A DNA stretch of 64,000 bases from Eubacteriales bacterium (GCA_045546815.1 JAZQDN010000054.1:14801-78800); one strand, 5' to 3'; positions 17,043 to 26,600 are shown, counted from the stretch's first letter. The notes: generated by a model not told the origin, from the sequence alone. Program-made: numbers and translations.

Positions 17043-18197
17043 ATGATAGATATTAAAGTTTTAAATAAACTCAACGCACCTACCAAAGAAGAGCGCCTTG
17101 CAAACTTAAAAGAAGTTTTAAAGGATACAGCCTTTCCTCCCATGGTGCCGCAATACATAAATAATCACATACACACAACCTATTCATTCTCGCCCTATTC
17201 ACCGACAGCGTCTGTATACGCTGCGCGTATGGAGGGGCTTTGCACCGCCGGTATTATCGACCACGACTCAATTTCGGGTGCAAGAGAGTTTTTAGAGGCG
17301 GCAAAAATTGTTGACATACCCGTTACAATCGGTATGGAGGCAAGAATCAATATGGACGGCACCCGTCTTGAAGGCCGCCGCACCAACAATCCCGACCAGG
17401 TCGGAATTTCGTATATGACAATTCAGTCGGTGCCTCACGATAAAATTGATGTTTTGACAGAATTTTTCAAGCCGTATCAGCAGGCACGCCACGAGCGTAA
17501 TCGCAAAATGATTGATAAAATCAACGGACTTTTGCCAGGTCTTGCGCTTGATTATGAAAAAGACGTGCTGCCGCTGTCAATGGCACACGAAAACGGCGGT
17601 GTTACCGAGCGCCACTTAATGTATGCGCTTGCAATAAAGCTCACAAATATGGTGGGTAAGGGCGCACCGATGATAGAAAAGCTTGAGGGTCTTGGTCTTA
17701 CACTTTCTCAAAAACAGACAGCACAGATGCTCGACACCGACTATCCGTTTTATGAGTACGACCTGCTCGGCATCTTAAAGAGTGCGTTTGTACCCAAAAT
17801 CTACGTTGATGCAACCGATGAGTGCCCGAAGCTTTCTGATATGGTAAAGCTTTGTAATGATATTGACGCATATCTTTGCTACGCATATCTCGGCGACGTC
17901 GGCGACAGCGTAACAGGCGACAAAAAGGCGCAGAAGTTTGAAGACGACTATCTTGACGATGTGTTTGAGTGCTTAAAAGAGGAGGGCGTAAAGTCAGTCA
18001 CCTATATGCCTACCCGAAACACACCCGCACAGCTCGAAAGACTGCGTAAGCTCTGCGACGACTACGGAATGTTTCAGATTTCGGGCGAGGATATCAACTC
18101 GCCGCGTCAGAGCTTTGTTATAAAGGCGATGGAAAACCCGATGTTTTCCAATCTCATCGACGCAACCTGGAAACTTATTGAACACGAAAATAAATAG
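17043..18197 (+). CDS. PHP-domain (polymerase/histidinol-phosphatase-like) metal-dependent phosphoesterase
   Basis: 384 aa. N-terminal NNHIHTTYS (HxH) and GIIDHD motifs typical of the PHP fold. Confidence 0.6.
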   Translation: MIDIKVLNKLNAPTKEERLANLKEVLKDTAFPPMVPQYINNHIHTTYSFSPYSPTASVYAARMEGLCTAGIIDHDSISGAREFLEAAKIVDIPVTIGMEARINMDGTRLEGRRTNNPDQVGISYMTIQSVPHDKIDVLTEFFKPYQQARHERNRKMIDKINGLLPGLALDYEKDVLPLSMAHENGGVTERHLMYALAIKLTNMVGKGAPMIEKLEGLGLTLSQKQTAQMLDTDYPFYEYDLLGILKSAFVPKIYVDATDECPKLSDMVKLCNDIDAYLCYAYLGDVGDSVTGDKKAQKFEDDYLDDVFECLKEEGVKSVTYMPTRNTPAQLERLRKLCDDYGMFQISGEDINSPRQSFVIKAMENPMFSNLIDATWKLIEHENK

Positions 18198-18212
18198 AAA
18201 AGAGTGAATAAT

Positions 18213-19472
18213 ATGAACACAAAAGCAGTACGTATACACGGTAAGATGGACCTTCGTCTTGATGATGTGAACTTACCCGATATCGGTCCCGATGGCGTTC
18301 GCGTTCGCGTTATCTGTGACAGCCTTTGTATGTCAAGCTACAAGGCGGCAATCGAAGGCGGCGACCACAAGCGCGTTCCCGACCGTTGCGACCTCACCCC
18401 CACAGTTCTCGGTCACGAGTTCTGCGGCGATATTGTTGAGGTTGGCGACAACTGGAAGCATAAATATAAAGTAGGCGATAAGTTTGTAATCCAGCCTGCC
18501 CACTACCACAATGGCAGTCAGATGGCACCCGGATATTCATATGAATTTTGCGGCGGTGATGCGCAGTACGGCAACATTCCCGTTGAAACTCTTCTTGAAA
18601 ACTGCCTGCTACCTTATAATTCAGATACATATTACTACGGCTCACTTGCAGAGCCCCTTAGCTGTGTTATCGGTACCTTCCACGCAATGTATCATACAAA
18701 GGCGGGCTCATACGTTCACGAGATGGGCATAAAAGAGGGCGGAAAGATGGCACTGCTTGCATCGGTAGGTCCTATGGGTCTTGCCGCAATCGACTATGCT
18801 ATCCACTGCGACCGCAGACCCAGCCTTCTTGTTATAACCGATATCGACGACGACAGACTTGCGCGTGCCGCATCGATCTACACGGTAGAAGAGGCTGCTA
18901 AATTCGGCATCGAGCTTCACTATGTAAATACCAAGATGGACAACGCAACCGAGTATCTCCGCGAGCTGACAGGCGGCACAGGCTACGACGATGTTGTATG
19001 CTTTGCACCTGTAAAGCCGCTTATCGAGCAGGCTGACGATATCCTCGGCTTTGACGGCTGTCTCAACTTCTTTGCAGGTCCTACCGACAGTCAGTTCAAG
19101 GCACCGTTTAACTGGTACAACGTTCACTATCTCTACACACACGTTGTCGGCACCTCGGGCGGTAACACAAACGATATGCAGGAGGCAATTGCAATGATGA
19201 ATGAGGGCAGACTTAACCCGTCAGCACTCGTTACCCACATCGGCGGTCTCCACGCGGCAATTGACACGACCCTCAATCTTCCCAAGATCCCCGGCGGTAA
19301 AAAGCTTATCTATACACAGATTGATATGCCGCTTGTTGCTATTGCTGATTTTGAAAAGATGGGTGAAACCGAGCCTATGTTCAAAGAGCTCGACAGACTC
19401 TGCAAAGCAAATAACAATCTCTGGAACCCCGAGGCTGAAAAATATCTGCTTGCAAACGCCAAAAAAATATAA
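18213..19472 (+). CDS. Zinc-type medium-chain dehydrogenase, L-sorbose-1-phosphate-reductase-like
   Basis: ORF track starts at GTG 18204; ATG at 18213. CDSLCMSS...GHEFCGDIVEVG zinc-ADH motifs. About 420 aa, as in SorE-type reductases. Confidence 0.65.
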   Translation: MNTKAVRIHGKMDLRLDDVNLPDIGPDGVRVRVICDSLCMSSYKAAIEGGDHKRVPDRCDLTPTVLGHEFCGDIVEVGDNWKHKYKVGDKFVIQPAHYHNGSQMAPGYSYEFCGGDAQYGNIPVETLLENCLLPYNSDTYYYGSLAEPLSCVIGTFHAMYHTKAGSYVHEMGIKEGGKMALLASVGPMGLAAIDYAIHCDRRPSLLVITDIDDDRLARAASIYTVEEAAKFGIELHYVNTKMDNATEYLRELTGGTGYDDVVCFAPVKPLIEQADDILGFDGCLNFFAGPTDSQFKAPFNWYNVHYLYTHVVGTSGGNTNDMQEAIAMMNEGRLNPSALVTHIGGLHAAIDTTLNLPKIPGGKKLIYTQIDMPLVAIADFEKMGETEPMFKELDRLCKANNNLWNPEAEKYLLANAKKI

Positions 19473-19493
19473 TTATAATTAAGGAGAAAAATT

Positions 19494-20786
19494 ATGAATC
19501 TTAAGTATATGCATCCCGCTGACCAGCTCGTTATGTTTATGCAGCGTATCTATGACAAGGGTCTTACCACCACCTCGGGTGGTAACCTGTCAATTATGGA
19601 CAGCGACGGCAACATCTGGATAACACCCGCAAGTGTTGATAAGGGTACTCTTCGCCGTGAGGATATTATCTGCGTTAAGCCCGACGGTACGACCGTAGGT
19701 CCGCATAACCCCTCATCAGAGATTCCTTTCCACGCATCAGTTTATAAAATGCGTCCCGATCTCAAGGCTGTGCTTCACGCACATCCCCCCGCACTCGTTG
19801 CGTTCTCAATCGCAAGCCGTGTACCCAATCTTGACCTGCTCCCCACTATCCGCCGTATCTGTAAGGATGCAAAAATCGCCGTTTACGGTGTGCCCGGCAG
19901 TGAGGACCTCGGCAACAAAATCGGTGCAGTTTTTGCAGAGGGCTGTGATATTGCAATCCTCGAAAACCACGGTGTGTGCATCGGCGCAGCGGATATGTTC
20001 ACCGCTTTCCAGCGCTTTGAAACACTTAACCTTGCAGCTGACCTTGAAATCAAGGCTACAAAAATCGGTAAAATCAAGAGCCTTTCTGAAGAAGACCACC
20101 GTATTGCAGTTACAACCCACCACACAAAGCTTGACGACTTTATTCCGCACACAATCACATCGGAGGAGCGTTCGGCACGCCGTGATATGATAACACTTAT
20201 CAAGCGTTCATACCGTCAGGGTCTGTTTACCGCAACCCACGGCACATACTCGGTTCGTCTGTCTGATGACAGCTTTCTTATCACACCCTTCGGTCAGGAC
20301 CGCGCTTATCTTGAAGAGGATGACCTTGTGCGCGTAAAGGGCGGCATGAAGGAGCTTAACAAGACACCCTCAAGGGCAGTTGCGCTCCACGAGGAGATTT
20401 ATAAGCAAAACCCCGAAATCCGTGCAATCCTTCAGGCACACCCCGTGCACGCTATGGCTTTTGCTGTAACAGATGCACCCTTTGACCCCAGAACCATTCC
20501 CGAAAGCTATATTCTGCTTCGTGATATTAAGAAGATACCGTTTGGCGACCTGTACACAAACACGAAAAAGGTTGCAAAATCATTTGATGCACCGCATCCT
20601 GCATTTATGGTTGAAAACAACAGCGTTATCGTTACAGGCAACAGCTTACTTCAGGCTTTTGACCGCCTCGAAGTTATGGAAGCTACCGCACACTCACTTG
20701 TAAACGCAAGCAGTCTTGGTGATGTTGACCGCATTACCGATGAAGAGGTAGAGGACCTTAAAAAAGCATTCCACCTCGAAGGCTAA
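19494..20786 (+). CDS. Fused tandem class II aldolase/adducin-domain protein
   Basis: 430 aa with two aldolase-II domains. Domain 1 has TSGGNLS, LHAHPP and ENHGV. Domain 2 has ATHGTYS and LQAHPVH, but ENNSV where ENHG is expected. Confidence 0.65.
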   Translation: MNLKYMHPADQLVMFMQRIYDKGLTTTSGGNLSIMDSDGNIWITPASVDKGTLRREDIICVKPDGTTVGPHNPSSEIPFHASVYKMRPDLKAVLHAHPPALVAFSIASRVPNLDLLPTIRRICKDAKIAVYGVPGSEDLGNKIGAVFAEGCDIAILENHGVCIGAADMFTAFQRFETLNLAADLEIKATKIGKIKSLSEEDHRIAVTTHHTKLDDFIPHTITSEERSARRDMITLIKRSYRQGLFTATHGTYSVRLSDDSFLITPFGQDRAYLEEDDLVRVKGGMKELNKTPSRAVALHEEIYKQNPEIRAILQAHPVHAMAFAVTDAPFDPRTIPESYILLRDIKKIPFGDLYTNTKKVAKSFDAPHPAFMVENNSVIVTGNSLLQAFDRLEVMEATAHSLVNASSLGDVDRITDEEVEDLKKAFHLEG

Positions 20787-20822
20787 AATAAAAAAGAGTC
20801 GGTTTAAACCGACTCTTTTTTA
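20786..20822. repeat. 37-nt repeat copy A containing a perfect 32-nt palindrome (bidirectional terminator-like)
   Basis: aaat-aaaaaagagtcggtttaaaccgactctttttt-a; palindrome at 20790..20821. Identical to 23130..23166. Supplies the last codons KKESV-stop of the MFS ORF. Confidence 0.9.
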
Positions 20823-22054
20823 AATGCTTTTTTTACCCAAATAACTAAAATAACGCTGAGAACCACCGCAACAACCGACAAAAGTTGTTGTGCGTAAATC
20901 GGCAAGCCAAAGACTGTGTTTCCGTTTTTTTGAATGATGCTGACAAGCGGACTTAGTGCAAGAGTGGACAAAAATCCCATAACACCCGCAACCGCTTGAC
21001 AGACTGCAAGCGCATCGGCACGTGACTCGTTTGGTGCATAGTCAAATACAAGATTAATAAGACCGCTGTTGGTACCACCGAGTGCCATTCCGTGCAGAAT
21101 ATAATATAAAACTAATAATACAGATGCTGTTTTTGGGTTTGTGAAAACCACTGCAAGATAGGCAAATAACAAAAGCACCGATGCTCGTCCGAACATCCTC
21201 GCAAACGAGTGTTTGTCAGCATACCTGCCCCAAAACTTCGACACGGCAATTCGTGAGATGCTGCCCACAACTCCCATTATCGTTACGGCTTTTAGAGAAA
21301 AGCCAAGTTCGTTTATAAGATATGTATTATAAAATGGTGTTGCCGTATGCGTTACAACCTGATACAGCATAAAGGTAAGCATTACACCGCGCATCTTTTT
21401 ATTTGAAAACACAGACTTAAGCACAAAAAATATGTTTGGCTTTGTTGCTTTGGCAATCGGGCTTTCGTTGGCTCTTACCATTGACACAGTGTGAATAATG
21501 CAAAGTGCAAGCATAACCAACGCAAAAGAAATAAATGCCAGAGTATACTGCCCTTCTTCGATAAACTTATCACTAAGTGCACCCATAGCAAATGAGAATA
21601 TCATCCCCACCCACAGCGACGTCATTTCCTTGTCGGCGGTAAAGCTTCCCCTGTGGCTGTCATCTACAAGCGACATAAGCCACGCAATCTTTTTGGGATG
21701 TGCAATATTATAAATAAGATACGCAAGAACAATAATCACTACAAACAGTGCCATTTTTACCGTACCATTAATATTTAAAAGCGGTATAAAATACAGCAAA
21801 ATAAAAAGCAGTTGGTTTGCGATACTGAGTGCAATTACAAATGGCTTTTTGTGTGCCGTCTGAAAGAAAAGTGATATAAGTTGAAAAAGACATCCAAGAG
21901 TGATTATCGACGACAAAATCCCTGTTATACCATCAGGGATACCAAGGTATTTTGTGAGCGTTGCCAAAAACGCACCCGACACCACAAGGCTTATAAGATG
22001 CTCGGCAGTAGCCTCCACAATATACATTTTTTGAGATAAATTGTATTTTTTCAT
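20804..22054 (-). CDS. MFS-type transporter
   Basis: About 12 hydrophobic helices. Start uncertain (TTG 22093, ATG 22081 or ATG 22054; none has a strong RBS). The C-terminal KKESV is encoded by the palindromic repeat. Confidence 0.7.
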   Translation of the reverse strand: MKKYNLSQKMYIVEATAEHLISLVVSGAFLATLTKYLGIPDGITGILSSIITLGCLFQLISLFFQTAHKKPFVIALSIANQLLFILLYFIPLLNINGTVKMALFVVIIVLAYLIYNIAHPKKIAWLMSLVDDSHRGSFTADKEMTSLWVGMIFSFAMGALSDKFIEEGQYTLAFISFALVMLALCIIHTVSMVRANESPIAKATKPNIFFVLKSVFSNKKMRGVMLTFMLYQVVTHTATPFYNTYLINELGFSLKAVTIMGVVGSISRIAVSKFWGRYADKHSFARMFGRASVLLLFAYLAVVFTNPKTASVLLVLYYILHGMALGGTNSGLINLVFDYAPNESRADALAVCQAVAGVMGFLSTLALSPLVSIIQKNGNTVFGLPIYAQQLLSVVAVVLSVILVIWVKKAFKKESV

Positions 22055-22098
22055 AAACCTATAGTAACAGACAAAAATCATCAGTTCAAGCAATTGGC

Positions 22099-22117
22099 TT
22101 ACGAAAAATTTTCGTAA
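22099..22117. promoter_or_regulatory. 19-nt perfect palindrome, candidate LacI-family operator
   Basis: ttacgaaaa-a-ttttcgtaa, in the divergent MFS / LacI intergenic region. Confidence 0.45.
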
Positions 22118-22166
22118 ACCTTGAATTTTTTATTATCAAAAGTATAATTAAATTGGGTGATTAAAA

Positions 22167-23120
22167 ATGACGATGGAAAAGCTCGCAAAGCTTGCAGGTG
22201 TTTCGATATCTACGGTATCAAAAGCATTTAAGGACGCATCCGACATAAGCGTTGACACAAAAGAAAGAATATTTGCACTTGCAAAGGAATACGGATGCTA
22301 CGGAAAGTTTTATAAATCACGATTTCATAAAAAGATTTTTGCAATAATTTTTCCCGAAATCGAAAGCGCATACTACAACGACTATGTAAGACGTCTGCAA
22401 GGCATAATTGAGCGAAACGACGGAATTGTGCTTATGTCGACTGATAACTTTGATAAAAAAAAGCAGGCAGAACTTATCGACTATTACGCTTCGTTTTTAA
22501 ATGTTAGCGGCATTTTTATAATCTCTTTGCAAACCGAATTAAAACGCGGCTATGACACCCCGATTGTATCGCTTATGTCATCAAAATCAAAAGCTGACTC
22601 AATAAACACCGATATGCACTGTGCGATGCGTGAAGCAGTTGAGCTTTTGACAAAAAATGGTCACACCGATATTGCATTTTTAGGCGAATCACTTACCAAA
22701 TCAAAAGCAAAAATGTTTTGCGATATATGTCATCTGCCATACAATTGCGACAATGTTATTGAAAGTAAGTTTCGTTTTCAGTCGGCAGGTCAGGACGGCG
22801 CAAAACAGCTTTTAAATAAAAAAACAAAATACACCGCCATAATCTGCGCATATGATGACATAGCTTATGGTGCAATACATTATCTTAAAAAACAAGGAAT
22901 TTCAGTACCGCACGATATATCGGTAATAGGCATTGACAACATAAATTTCTCACAATATGCTGAAACACCGCTCACTACAATCGACTATAATGCCAAAACA
23001 ATTTGTTTGAGTGCGTGGGAGCTTATGTCAAAAAAAGTGAAAAACAAATATTATAAGGATAAAAATGTTATAATTCCCGCAAAACTCATTTTGCGAGACA
23101 GTGTTGCAAAATGCAAATAA
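22167..23120 (+). CDS. LacI-family transcriptional regulator
   Basis: 317 aa. N-terminal HTH MEKLAKLAGVSISTVSKAF. Periplasmic-binding-protein-like C-terminal domain. Confidence 0.85.
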   Translation: MTMEKLAKLAGVSISTVSKAFKDASDISVDTKERIFALAKEYGCYGKFYKSRFHKKIFAIIFPEIESAYYNDYVRRLQGIIERNDGIVLMSTDNFDKKKQAELIDYYASFLNVSGIFIISLQTELKRGYDTPIVSLMSSKSKADSINTDMHCAMREAVELLTKNGHTDIAFLGESLTKSKAKMFCDICHLPYNCDNVIESKFRFQSAGQDGAKQLLNKKTKYTAIICAYDDIAYGAIHYLKKQGISVPHDISVIGIDNINFSQYAETPLTTIDYNAKTICLSAWELMSKKVKNKYYKDKNVIIPAKLILRDSVAKCK

Positions 23121-23129
23121 AATCAATTG

Positions 23130-23166
23130 AAATAAAAAAGAGTCGGTTTAAACCGACTCTTTTTTA
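23130..23166. repeat. 37-nt repeat copy B containing the same perfect 32-nt palindrome
   Basis: Identical to 20786..20822; palindrome at 23134..23165. Supplies KKESV-stop to the 23148..24032 ORF. Confidence 0.9.
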
Positions 23167-24032
23167 TTTTTTATTTTATAATACACAGAAATTATAATAA
23201 TAAACAGTAATATAAATACCCCGCCGACAATATATGCCGCTGTATCCTTTGACGATAAATGGGCAATTCCGATAATCAGCAGTCCGTTTACAAGCAGGTA
23301 ACACAGCCCGAGATAATTGCTGAATTTTGCGTGTATTTTGCCAAGGTTAGCACCGAGAAGGTGAAAAACAATAAAAAGTGCACTACTCAACGCTAAAACC
23401 CACTGCTTTGTCATAACAGCTGTCACATCGCAGGTAACAGCGCCGACTATAAACCACTCAAGAAGACCGATACCGATAATTTGAGCGGCTGAATATTTTG
23501 GTGTTCTTTTTTTGCGTGTTGATGAATCAAACGTTCTGTGGAAATTGTTGCTGTAGTATAAATTGGCGTCAAACACAGCAATAACATTGCCGTTAACGAC
23601 GGCAAGATAAGCGAACTTGCCCTTTGGAACGCACGACGCGTTAACCTCTACCGATTTATCGTCCGCTTTAAAAATATAGCTGTGAGTATCGGGGTAATCG
23701 CCCGTGCCAACGGTATGTATTTCGTTTACGCACTGCGCAAATACGATGCGGCAGCGAAAAAACAGAACAGAAAAAACCTCACGTATTGTCGAAAAAACTA
23801 TGCCTCTGAAAAAATAAAGACCGATTCCGAGTACCACCGGAAAAATACCGACAATAACCAGTACTGCGAGCGGGTAAAGCCCTTCTTTAATTACTAAAAT
23901 GCCTGCAAACAGAGCAACGCCGGGCATAAATATTTCAAACAGCAGCCCCAGAATACAGGCCAAAAGATTTATTTCGGGTGGTCTTGTAAGTCTGTAGGCT
24001 TTTGATATTTCGCGCCTTGTCAGTTCCTTCAT
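23148..24032 (-). CDS. Integral membrane protein, unknown function
   Basis: 294 aa. Hydrophobic N- and C-terminal blocks flank a soluble middle segment. No motif recognised. Confidence 0.5.
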   Translation of the reverse strand: MKELTRREISKAYRLTRPPEINLLACILGLLFEIFMPGVALFAGILVIKEGLYPLAVLVIVGIFPVVLGIGLYFFRGIVFSTIREVFSVLFFRCRIVFAQCVNEIHTVGTGDYPDTHSYIFKADDKSVEVNASCVPKGKFAYLAVVNGNVIAVFDANLYYSNNFHRTFDSSTRKKRTPKYSAAQIIGIGLLEWFIVGAVTCDVTAVMTKQWVLALSSALFIVFHLLGANLGKIHAKFSNYLGLCYLLVNGLLIIGIAHLSSKDTAAYIVGGVFILLFIIIISVYYKIKNKKESV

Positions 24033-24156
24033 TCAATTATACTCCTGATTATAAATTGGTTATATTATAAATCAAAAGTACATCGCACGCAAGAACAGTA
24101 TTTACTTTTTTCGGTTTAATGATATAATATTAATATTAATTAAAAGGGGAAAAAGA

Positions 24157-25164
24157 ATGAAAAGTGTATGTAAATGGTTTTTAAAAGCTCTTGTTGCAGG
24201 GCTTTTATCATTTTGCATAATCAGCGGTTTTTGCTATTTTTATTATAATTTACCTGTACACAGCACTGTTGAGTCGGGGGCAACCGATCACAAATGGAAC
24301 GGCAATCATTTTTCTGCCCGCGGTACAGAGGGCTTTGCTGTCACCAAAACTGACGGTAACGGCTACGTTAACACGTTCCCTCACACAAAGGCTACGACAG
24401 ATATACTTGTACTCGGTTCTTCACACACCGAGGGCTTTAACGTAAACAGTGATGAAAATTTCACTTATCTTCTTAACAAAAAACTGTACGATAACGGTTT
24501 TGATATGTATGCCTATAATATAGGTATGTCATCGCATACTGTTGCGCGCTGTTTTGACAACCTGGAAAACGCAATAAACGAGTATGAGCCGACAAAATAT
24601 GTTGTGATTGACACTTATTCTGTAAATCCGCCGCTCGAGGAGTTAAAACAACTTGACGCCGGAACCTTTGCGGAGCTTACAGTGCATAGCTCGGGCCTGC
24701 TCTACCAGTTACAAAAGCTTGACTTTTTACGTCTTGTATATTCACAGCTTTCAAACGCATTAAGCCAGAATGAAGCGGTCGCTTCTGTCTCCGAGCAAGA
24801 GGTGGATTTGACAGAATACCGACTCTATTTGGAAAAAATGCTCAAAAAAGCAAGCGATATTTGTCAAAAAAACGGCGTCGAGCTTATCATTGTCTACTCG
24901 CCTGAGCTGATGATTGATTATAACGGCGGTGTTTTGCCGCAAAAAAACCTCGATGAAATCAAAATGTTCGAAAGCGGATGTGAACAAAATGGCATAAAGT
25001 TTATCAATATGCACCCCGAGTATGAAAAAATGTATCTTGAAACAAATCATCTGCCGCGCGGATTTGCCAATACGGCAGTAGGCAAGGGGCATACAAACAA
25101 ATACGGTCATGCCTGCTTTGCGGACACTCTTTATAAGTATATTGCGGAAGGAGACAATAAATGA
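24157..25164 (+). CDS. Membrane-anchored SGNH/DltD/AlgX-like partner of the MBOAT O-acyltransferase (tentative)
   Basis: 335 aa. N-terminal TM anchor. ILVLGSSHTEG resembles SGNH block I. Overlaps the MBOAT gene start by 4 nt. Confidence 0.4.
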   Translation: MKSVCKWFLKALVAGLLSFCIISGFCYFYYNLPVHSTVESGATDHKWNGNHFSARGTEGFAVTKTDGNGYVNTFPHTKATTDILVLGSSHTEGFNVNSDENFTYLLNKKLYDNGFDMYAYNIGMSSHTVARCFDNLENAINEYEPTKYVVIDTYSVNPPLEELKQLDAGTFAELTVHSSGLLYQLQKLDFLRLVYSQLSNALSQNEAVASVSEQEVDLTEYRLYLEKMLKKASDICQKNGVELIIVYSPELMIDYNGGVLPQKNLDEIKMFESGCEQNGIKFINMHPEYEKMYLETNHLPRGFANTAVGKGHTNKYGHACFADTLYKYIAEGDNK

Positions 25165-26600
25165 CGTTTTCGAGTATTACGTTTTTGGTGTTTTTCGCCA
25201 TTGTATATGGTCTTCTTCTGATATTTAACAGTAAGAATATCCGTAATAAGCTTTCTGAAAAACAGCAACTGTTTTTAAAGCACGGCATTTTGCTTGTTGC
25301 AAGCTATGTATTTTACGGATGGTGGGATTTCAGATTCTGCTTTTTGATGATGCTTCTTACAGTCATCTCCTGGCTGTGCGCAAAGATGATTGATGAAAAT
25401 AAAAACAAAAAGCTGTTTACTGTAATCGGTGTTGCTGCCCCTTTGATAACCCTTGGATTTTTTAAGTATTTCAATTTCTTTATTGCGTCGTTTACAAAAC
25501 TTTTTGGTATTCAAACGCCGGGTGCACTTAATATCATTTTGCCTGTCGGTATCTCGTTTTACACCTTCCAGTCAATGAGCTACACAATCGACGTGATCCG
25601 CGGCTCAATAAAAAAACAGTCGCTTGCTGACGTTGCGCTGTATATTTCCTTTTTTCCGCAACTTGTTGCAGGTCCTATTGTTAAAGCGTCAGAATTTATT
25701 CCACAGTTAAAAAATAATAATCCGCTTAAATTAAGCGATTTGAGTGCAGGTGCTCAGATTTTTGTTTTCGGTCTTTTCAAAAAAATCGTTATTGCCGATA
25801 ACCTGTCGGTGTTTGTTGACGATGTGTTTGAAAAACCGCTTGCTTTTTCGTCTCTTACCGTTATTCTCGCAGTGGTTGCATACTCTATTCAGATTTATTG
25901 TGACTTTTCGGGTTATTCTGATATGGCAGTCGGTACGGCAAGATGTCTGGGCTATAAGTTTTTACCCAACTTCAATATGCCGTATATTTCGAAAAACGTA
26001 ACGGAGTTTTGGAAAAGATGGCATATCAGTCTGTCGACATGGCTTCAGGAATATCTGTATATTCCGCTTGGCGGAAACAGAAAAGGAACTGTACGCAGAT
26101 ATATAAACTTATTGACCACTATGATACTTGGCGGTTTGTGGCACGGTGCAAACTATACGTTTGTGGTGTGGGGTGCCCTTCACGGCGTTGCGCTTTGTAT
26201 ACATAAGCTTTTTATGAAATTCAGAAAAAGCAAAAAATCCACGCTTGTTGGCTCGGTTATTGCGGGAATTATAACATATATTTTTGTATGTGTCTGCTGG
26301 GTGTTTTTCCGCGCAGAAAGCTTCAGTGTGGCAGTCGACGTGTTATCACGTATTTTTGTATGGCAGAGTGGTATCACCCAGATTTTCTCGTGGACTGTCT
26401 TTAGCATAGTGGCGGTTGCGGCAGCAACAGTGATTGCAATGATCAGATCCAAAAAGCTTGGAAAAAAGAATGCTGAAGGATTTTATGTGATTCTTGATCT
26501 TGGTAAAGTTCATAATCTGGTTATTTTCTTTACTGTGATCATGCTTATTATCTGTCTTGCGTATACAAACGCTAATCCTTTTATATATTTTCAGTTTTAA
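25161..26600 (+). CDS. MBOAT-family membrane O-acyltransferase (AlgI/DltB/PatA-like)
   Basis: 479 aa polytopic protein. Characteristic FWKRWHISLSTWLQEYLYIPLGGNR and GGLWHGANYTF blocks. Confidence 0.8.
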   Translation: MTFSSITFLVFFAIVYGLLLIFNSKNIRNKLSEKQQLFLKHGILLVASYVFYGWWDFRFCFLMMLLTVISWLCAKMIDENKNKKLFTVIGVAAPLITLGFFKYFNFFIASFTKLFGIQTPGALNIILPVGISFYTFQSMSYTIDVIRGSIKKQSLADVALYISFFPQLVAGPIVKASEFIPQLKNNNPLKLSDLSAGAQIFVFGLFKKIVIADNLSVFVDDVFEKPLAFSSLTVILAVVAYSIQIYCDFSGYSDMAVGTARCLGYKFLPNFNMPYISKNVTEFWKRWHISLSTWLQEYLYIPLGGNRKGTVRRYINLLTTMILGGLWHGANYTFVVWGALHGVALCIHKLFMKFRKSKKSTLVGSVIAGIITYIFVCVCWVFFRAESFSVAVDVLSRIFVWQSGITQIFSWTVFSIVAVAAATVIAMIRSKKLGKKNAEGFYVILDLGKVHNLVIFFTVIMLIICLAYTNANPFIYFQF

